The notes under the pieces are model-generated. The model did no database searches and had not been told where the DNA came from. It was given only the letters and a program-made list of their open reading frames with translations. A stretch of 32,538 nucleotides of DNA from a virus (lineage: Duplodnaviria; Caudoviricetes): positions 1 through 32,538 of IMG/VR virus record IMGVR_UViG_3300005805_000015; one strand, 5' to 3'. Made by a program: the position numbers and the translations under genes. Shown here one piece after another: positions 27,005-32,538 of this stretch; position 1 is the stretch's first letter, and each line of letters starts with the position of its first letter.

Positions 27005-27715
27005 ATGGCACAGAATCAAAAACAAACAAATGGTAAAGACCCAGCTGTGTTACTCTACACACAAGATTTTATAGTTGGAACTTTAACTATGACGCACGAA
27101 GAAAGAGGTAAATACATTTTACTTTTATGTATGCAGCATCAAAAAGGTAAACTTACTCTTAAAGATTTAAAATCAATATTATCTGAAGAAGATACTGATT
27201 TAGCTGAAAGATTTCCACAACACGCTGACGGATTTTATTACAATAATAGAATGCAAATGGAAATACAAAACAGAAAGATAAGAACTGATACAAGCAGAGA
27301 AAATGGTGGTAAAGGTGGCAGACCTAAAGTAAGTATATTACCAGATAATAACCCAACTGAAACCCAAACAAAACCTAACAATAACCCACAGGTTATTTCT
27401 AGGTTAACCCAAATGAAACCTAAACATAACCCTACTGGAAATGCAACTGTAAATGGGAATGGGAATAAAGCTGCTAATAAAGCTGCTAATAAAGCTGTAA
27501 GTAATAGTACTAGAAAGATTATAAAGAAAGCATTGGATATATTAATTGAACATAATTTATCTAAAGAACAATATGCAGAAGCTGCTTTCAATATAAATGA
27601 TATAGGTGGATTAGAGAAAACTTATGAACTATTGGGAATAAGAACCGGTGATGATTGGACAAGAGTGATATTACAAAACAGCCAAATGTATGGATTTAAT
27701 ATTAAAGAAAAATAA
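27005..27715 (+). CDS. DUF1376/YdaU-like replication initiator
   Basis: KDPA.L.Y.QDF..GT..MT.EERG.YI.LLC.Q, YN.RM..E and NG.KGGRP. Likely start is ATG 27005, downstream of the promoter. Confidence 0.75.
   Translation: MAQNQKQTNGKDPAVLLYTQDFIVGTLTMTHEERGKYILLLCMQHQKGKLTLKDLKSILSEEDTDLAERFPQHADGFYYNNRMQMEIQNRKIRTDTSRENGGKGGRPKVSILPDNNPTETQTKPNNNPQVISRLTQMKPKHNPTGNATVNGNGNKAANKAANKAVSNSTRKIIKKALDILIEHNLSKEQYAEAAFNINDIGGLEKTYELLGIRTGDDWTRVILQNSQMYGFNIKEK
27350..27433. repeat. Iteron array, putative replication origin
   Basis: AACC(C/T) at 27350, 27361, 27372, 27383 and 27406, 27417, 27428; inverted GGTT at 27391 and 27402; 11-bp phasing. Confidence 0.7.
27464..27497 (+). repeat. 12-bp tandem repeat AATAAAGCTGCT x2.8
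   Basis: Read directly; encodes NKAA repeats. Confidence 0.9.
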
Positions 27716-27729
27716 AAACAAATAAAAAA

Positions 27730-28230
27730 ATGACAAACAACTATTTTAAAAAGAATCACGGATTATTGATTAGTATGTTAAGTACAGTTATTGAAAGTTA
27801 CCAACATGGTGCTTGGAAAACAAAAGAACAAAGAGAAGATTTTAAAGCAGATATAATACTACCATATGTAGATTTTATCTATAATCTAAATTTCTTATCA
27901 ATACAATCATCCAGTCTACTTTATAAACAAATTAAATTTTCAGATAAATTAGCAACCTATTGTACTAAATTTGAAAGAGATGGTATAAAAGGATTTGTAA
28001 GTTCTGAATTATTTTTAAAATTTGTTAATGAATGGCAATCGCATTTATCTGATTGGGTATTAAACGGATTAGATGATGTTCTTAAAAAAGAAGAAGCCGC
28101 TCATTATAGAAAAACTGCATTTGATAATGGCTCAAACTTAAATCATAATTTTGATTCTAAATTTGAAAGAGATAAAGAAGATGCTCTTTTCAGTATTAAA
28201 AATAAACTTAACAAAGTAAATTTAGGATAA
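27730..28230 (+). CDS. Hypothetical protein
   Basis: ORF in the early operon with an A-rich leader. Confidence 0.65.
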   Translation: MTNNYFKKNHGLLISMLSTVIESYQHGAWKTKEQREDFKADIILPYVDFIYNLNFLSIQSSSLLYKQIKFSDKLATYCTKFERDGIKGFVSSELFLKFVNEWQSHLSDWVLNGLDDVLKKEEAAHYRKTAFDNGSNLNHNFDSKFERDKEDALFSIKNKLNKVNLG

Positions 28231-28231
28231 T

Positions 28232-28600
28232 ATGAACGTACAAATAACAGAAGAAACTCATCAATTACTTAAAGAGTATTGTGATGGGCATGGATATAAA
28301 ATGAGCTTTATAGTTGATAAGATAATAAAAAACTATATCCAACCACTACCTAAATTTAAAGGTATATCAGAAGAAAAGGTAAGAGAAGCTTGGGATTATA
28401 CTAAATCAAAAGAGTACATAGAAGCAAAGGAGCAGAATGATTCTAAGAATAAGTTAGCAGAAGATATGCGTAGATGCTATGTGGATGTATTAGATACACA
28501 GGCTGTACAAAACGAATTAACAACTTATGAATTAGACCCATTGGATAGAGAAATTATAGTAAACAAAACAAAGCTAAAACAAACAAATAAACCTAAATAA
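28232..28600 (+). CDS. Ribbon-helix-helix-like DNA-binding protein
   Basis: N-terminal NVQITEETHQLLKEYC...G.KM..IVDKII. Confidence 0.6.
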   Translation: MNVQITEETHQLLKEYCDGHGYKMSFIVDKIIKNYIQPLPKFKGISEEKVREAWDYTKSKEYIEAKEQNDSKNKLAEDMRRCYVDVLDTQAVQNELTTYELDPLDREIIVNKTKLKQTNKPK

Positions 28601-28601
28601 A

Positions 28602-29135
28602 ATGAGTAACAAATTAGAATTAAAAAGATTAGAAGATTATCCTGGATACTTTGTATCAAATACAGGTATAGTATATTCAAACATACAGCCATATAGGACA
28701 TTCCTAAACGGTGGTGTACCTTATGAAATACAACCTAAACCACACAATAGAGGATATTGGGAGGTTGGACTATTTATAACTGAGAATGATGGTAAGAAAA
28801 AGAGAAAATGGAGAAGAGTCCATCAGCTAGTTGCGGAGACTTTTATAGGTCCAAAACCTGACAAAGGTTATGAAGTAAATCATAAAGATGGTAATAAAAA
28901 AAATAACAATGTAGATAATTTAGAATGGTGTACTAGAAGCCAGAATATTAGACATTCATTTGATTCAGGTCTAAGAAATGAAAAAAACATAGCAATTATC
29001 TTTGATGGTGTTAGATACGAATCAGTTAAAGATTGTGCAACTAGACTCCACATAAATTATCATTCACTCCTAACTTACTTACATAGACGTACGCAAGTTT
29101 ACAAAGGAAAAGAATTAAGATATGCAGATAAATAA
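28602..29135 (+). CDS. HNH homing endonuclease (NUMOD4-HNH type)
   Basis: YPGYFVSNTG.V.S, RVHQLVAETF and VNHKDGNKKNN.VDNLEWCT.S.N..H. Confidence 0.9.
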   Translation: MSNKLELKRLEDYPGYFVSNTGIVYSNIQPYRTFLNGGVPYEIQPKPHNRGYWEVGLFITENDGKKKRKWRRVHQLVAETFIGPKPDKGYEVNHKDGNKKNNNVDNLEWCTRSQNIRHSFDSGLRNEKNIAIIFDGVRYESVKDCATRLHINYHSLLTYLHRRTQVYKGKELRYADK

Positions 29136-29322
29136 GTGTATATTCCCTTTTGGGAGTTGGCTAGAAAGCCTGATAAATGTAGTTACCTTTGGTTGGGGAA
29201 GTACCCTTGCACATTGGGTAGCTTGGACCTTCTTTAAAACGCATGATTGCGGATGTGAAAGAAGAAAAGATAAACTAAATAAGTTCTTCAGATGTGAGGA
29301 CTTCGGAAAAATAAAATTATAA
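29122..29322 (+). CDS. Small protein with a hydrophobic segment and DCGC..RK..LN motif
   Basis: ORF overlaps the HNH stop; I recall the motif from genes upstream of terminases in similar phages. Confidence 0.6.
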   Translation: MQINKCIFPFGSWLESLINVVTFGWGSTLAHWVAWTFFKTHDCGCERRKDKLNKFFRCEDFGKIKL

Positions 29323-29326
29323 TATA

Positions 29327-29581
29327 ATGGAATCAGTAACAACACAATCAAACACATACGCACCTTTTACCTATGAAGAATTTCAATTAATAAAAGCTGA
29401 AATAGAAGCAGTAGGAAACTATCTACCATCAGATGCAGGTGCACAAAGAAAGTTATGGGAAACCTGTACACGAATAAGAGGTCACGCAGAAAATCAACCA
29501 TGTGGTACATGTGGTAAGACTTCTGGTTTATGGCTAAGGTGTATAGAGGATATAAAAGCATTTGTAAGAGATAGAGCTTAA
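29327..29581 (+). CDS. Hypothetical protein with CxxC
   Basis: QPCGTCG; TAATG-coupled to the sigma-like gene. Confidence 0.6.
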   Translation: MESVTTQSNTYAPFTYEEFQLIKAEIEAVGNYLPSDAGAQRKLWETCTRIRGHAENQPCGTCGKTSGLWLRCIEDIKAFVRDRA

Positions 29582-30132
29582 TGACAAACGAGCAAACACT
29601 TGCAGAAAATAATAGAAGGCTGACAAGATTATATCATCAGAAATCTGATTGGTTAATTGCGGCTGCTTACAACATAGCAGGTGATAGAGAGAGTGCAAAA
29701 GATTTAGTATCTGAATTATACCTTTACCTTTCGGAAAAAGTTAATCCACGAATATGGTATGGTGCAGATGATTTCAATATGTTATACCTTTATTCATTCC
29801 TAAAGAGTAGATGGATTAATACACTAAAGAGAGATGCTAAACTCCGTCCCTTATCTAATGAGTGGGATACAAGGGATACCGAATACGATACCGATAGAGA
29901 TATGAATATACAAAAGGTATATGATGAGGTAGTAAGTGAGATAGGAGAATTACAAAAGACTAAATTATGGCCATCTGCAAAGTTAGCAGAGATATACTTC
30001 TTTACACCCGATATGACATTGGATAGATTAAGTAAAGAGATTGGAATAAGTAAATCTACTTCATTCCTAAATGTACGAAAGATAAAGCAACATTTCAGAA
30101 GTTCTAAGAAGAATCCTTTTATTGATGACTAA
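29581..30132 (+). CDS. ECF-like RNA polymerase sigma factor
   Basis: Region 2 (AYNIAGDRESAKDLVSELYL...YLY......WIN) and region 4 HTH (MTLDRLSKEIGISKST). Confidence 0.75.
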   Translation: MTNEQTLAENNRRLTRLYHQKSDWLIAAAYNIAGDRESAKDLVSELYLYLSEKVNPRIWYGADDFNMLYLYSFLKSRWINTLKRDAKLRPLSNEWDTRDTEYDTDRDMNIQKVYDEVVSEIGELQKTKLWPSAKLAEIYFFTPDMTLDRLSKEIGISKSTSFLNVRKIKQHFRSSKKNPFIDD

Positions 30133-30179
30133 TACCAGGATTACGTTTAACCCTATTATAACCTAATCTCAGAGGGTTT

Positions 30180-30208
30180 AACTACAAAGGTGAGATAATG
30201 TGTTAAAA
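30180..30208 (+). promoter_or_regulatory. Putative late promoter of the terminase operon
   Basis: AACTAC 30180-30185, N16, GTTAAAA 30202-30208. Confidence 0.7.
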
Positions 30209-30240
30209 GGAGTAAGATGTTTAAATAACACAGGAAAACA

Positions 30241-30540
30241 ATGGCGTTTCAAAAAGGAAATAAACTAGCAACAGGCAGACCTAAAGGAGCAATCAATCGT
30301 TCAACCGAAATGATGAAGTTGAATATTGCGCGTGCTACAAACAAAGTCCTAGATAATCTACCATCTATTATGGAAGAACTAATGAAGAAAGACCCAAAGG
30401 GTGCAGTTGATATTGCACTCAAAATGTTGGAGTTTCATCTTCCAAAACAAAGCCGCGTAGAGCTCAAAGGTGAAATTGAACAAAGAATTCAACAGATTTC
30501 CGTAAATATAACTCAAAAGGAAGTACCTAATGCATCTTAA
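30241..30540 (+). CDS. terS: Terminase small subunit
   Basis: F.KGN....GRPKGA.N (DUF5681-like) N-terminus; overlaps the start of terL. Confidence 0.7.
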   Translation: MAFQKGNKLATGRPKGAINRSTEMMKLNIARATNKVLDNLPSIMEELMKKDPKGAVDIALKMLEFHLPKQSRVELKGEIEQRIQQISVNITQKEVPNAS

Positions 30541-31693
30541 TATAGATAGTACAGTATCGTATCAGCACATTAATGATTGTCCTACAAGGGTTTGTCATCT
30601 CATAGGTGGCAGTAGAAGTGGTAAGACATATTCTGCTCTACAATGGTGTATAGTACAGGCTCTACAAGGTAAAGAAGATATTACAATAGTAAGGAAAACT
30701 ATCCCGAGCTTGAAAAGAACTGTGATGAAGGACTTTAAGCAGATAATGGAAGGGATGGGTATCTTTTTTGAAAATGATTGGAACGCTACTGACAGGGTTT
30801 ATACGTTTTATACAGGTTCACAAATACAATTTATTAGTACTGACAATAGTGAAAAACTTCGTGGGGTGAAATCCAGTATTTTGTGGATTGAAGAAAGCTC
30901 GGAGGTTGATTCAGAAGCTTATCTACAATTATCTATAAGAACTACTGGCAAAATTATTCTTTCATACAACCCGACCATCAGTCCGTGGCACTGGCTTCGC
31001 GAGATGGAAGATTGTACGAGATACTTTACCAATTATAAAAACAATCCTTACTTAGAAAAGAGTGTAGTTAAAGCATTAGAGGATTTAAAGAATACAAATG
31101 CTAAAGCGTATCAGGTTTACGCCCTGGGTGAATATACCACAAATGAGAAAGCAATCTATGATTTTGAAATAGTAGAATGGTTACCTGATAATGCGGAGTT
31201 TATTGCATATGGATTGGATTTTGGATTCAGTCAGGATCCGTGTGGATTAGTAAGCCTTTGGCGTATGAATGGTAATGAGATATACATCTTAGAACATCTA
31301 TACGAAAGAGGAATGGTAACGAGTGATATAATAGAATTCTTAAAAGGATTAGTAAATGGTAGAGAGGAGATATGGGCGGATAGTAGTGAACCAAGAATGA
31401 TTGAAGAATTAAATAGAGCTGGATTTAATATAAGACCAGTAGTGAAAGGAAAGGATTCAATAAACTTTGGTATTGGTGTCCTTCGTAACTATAAACTAAA
31501 GATACCTAAAGCATGTCAGAACTTAGTAAATGAATTCTATTCGTATGAATGGGAAACAGACCGCTTCGGTAGACAGTTAGATAGACCCGTTGATTTTAAC
31601 AATCACCTATTGGACGCAGCACGTTATGTAGGAATGATGAGGTTATCACAATCAGCAGCAAACAAAGGTAAATACTCAATTACAATAAGATAA
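30530..31693 (+). CDS. terL: Terminase large subunit (PBSX/SPP1-like)
   Basis: Walker A GGSRSGKT, Walker B ILWIEE, YNP, nuclease GLDFG..DP and NHLLDAARY. Confidence 0.93.
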   Translation: MHLNIDSTVSYQHINDCPTRVCHLIGGSRSGKTYSALQWCIVQALQGKEDITIVRKTIPSLKRTVMKDFKQIMEGMGIFFENDWNATDRVYTFYTGSQIQFISTDNSEKLRGVKSSILWIEESSEVDSEAYLQLSIRTTGKIILSYNPTISPWHWLREMEDCTRYFTNYKNNPYLEKSVVKALEDLKNTNAKAYQVYALGEYTTNEKAIYDFEIVEWLPDNAEFIAYGLDFGFSQDPCGLVSLWRMNGNEIYILEHLYERGMVTSDIIEFLKGLVNGREEIWADSSEPRMIEELNRAGFNIRPVVKGKDSINFGIGVLRNYKLKIPKACQNLVNEFYSYEWETDRFGRQLDRPVDFNNHLLDAARYVGMMRLSQSAANKGKYSITIR

Positions 31694-31694
31694 T

Positions 31695-31991
31695 ATGAAA
31701 GAAGATAAAGTAGATTTAAACAACTTAACAAAAGAAGACTTCATGTCAATGGCGGAATATGTAGCCCATACCGAAGCAATCAATAGAAGGCTAATAGAAG
31801 AATTGAGAGATGCTAAAGCGGCCTTAATGGCAACTGTTCATCAAAGGAATTCATTAAATAAAAAATTACAAACCCTAATGTTGGACAAGATAAACACAGT
31901 TGATATAGGAGCAGTAACATCAGTTCCAATTAATACAAGCATAGACTTAATTAATCCTGAACAATATAGAGAAAAGAAAAATCAAAGATAA
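31695..31991 (+). CDS. Hypothetical coiled-coil protein
   Basis: ORF tightly packed between terL and the tail chaperone gene. Confidence 0.6.
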   Translation: MKEDKVDLNNLTKEDFMSMAEYVAHTEAINRRLIEELRDAKAALMATVHQRNSLNKKLQTLMLDKINTVDIGAVTSVPINTSIDLINPEQYREKKNQR

Positions 31992-31992
31992 T

Positions 31993-32538
31993 ATGAAAGA
32001 GAAAAAAACAATAACGATAAGTGTTCCAACTGATTGGAAAGCAGTAACACTAAGACAGTATCTAAAACTACAAAAGGATTTAAAAACATATGGTGATACT
32101 GATGAAGGGTACTTAGCAGCTCTATTAGATAACTTATGTGAGTTTCCACCACAATACCTTTATGGATTAGAAGTAGGTGCATTGAGAAAGATACAAACCG
32201 ATATCACAAACTTTATGAACAATACTGAATTACCATTACAAAGGTTTATACAGGTGGATGGTAGAGAATATGGATTTGAACCTAACTTAGCAAATATGGC
32301 GTATGGTGCTTACTTAGATATTACTAAATGGGATACCATACAAATAGATGAGAATTGGGCAAAGATAATGAGCATACTATATAGACCAGTAATACATAAG
32401 ACATCAGGCCTATATGAGATACAATCATATGCGGGTTGGATAGATGAAGAAAAGTTTTTAGATGTAACTATGGATGTTCATTGGGGGTGTTTGTTTTTTT
32501 TTGTTCGTACATTAGTGGACTCATTGAACGCTATCCAG
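31993..32538 (+). CDS. Tail assembly chaperone (G-like), 5' part; continues across the junction to 237 (about 227 aa)
   Basis: ATG at 31993 opens MKEKKTITISVPTDWKAVTLRQYLKL...YGFEPNL..M.YG.YLDI...MSILYRP. It is open to the window end and in frame with 1..237. Absent from the ORF track because it has no stop before the window end. Confidence 0.75.
   Translation, partial: MKEKKTITISVPTDWKAVTLRQYLKLQKDLKTYGDTDEGYLAALLDNLCEFPPQYLYGLEVGALRKIQTDITNFMNNTELPLQRFIQVDGREYGFEPNLANMAYGAYLDITKWDTIQIDENWAKIMSILYRPVIHKTSGLYEIQSYAGWIDEEKFLDVTMDVHWGCLFFFVRTLVDSLNAIQ
32440..32538. repeat. Terminal direct repeat, copy 2
   Basis: Identical to 1-99. Confidence 0.95.

Overview
This window looks like a complete, circularly assembled tailed-phage genome of about 32,439 bp; bases 1-99 repeat exactly at 32440-32538. 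It is AT-rich and siphovirus-like. Exact TTTG-N20-TATATTTG promoters point to a Bacteroidota host. It encodes terminase, portal, scaffold, major capsid protein, tail tube, head-tail joining proteins, tape measure, tail-tip and fibre proteins, an XkdF-like protease, a DUF1376/YdaU-like replication initiator with internal iterons, an HNH nuclease, two sigma-like factors, and a glycosyltransferase plus two methyltransferases. I recognised no lysis, integrase, polymerase or helicase gene. The main leads are: (1) a structured intergenic element at 7696-7850 carrying two synonymously diverged fragments of a major-capsid gene, as if aimed at the capsid gene of related phages; (2) two convergent small-RNA candidates at 25620-25850 with anti-start-codon seeds; (3) a ten-site phage promoter motif, AACTAC-N16-GTTAAAT, including an interlocked bidirectional pair; (4) probable virion glycosylation, suggested by a late glycosyltransferase cassette, Thr-rich linkers and a recurrent [ST]-[GAS]-S motif; (5) a duplicated tail-tip domain with different distal modules; (6) a -1 frameshifted tail chaperone across the contig junction. 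All product calls come from motif recognition by eye; no searches were run.
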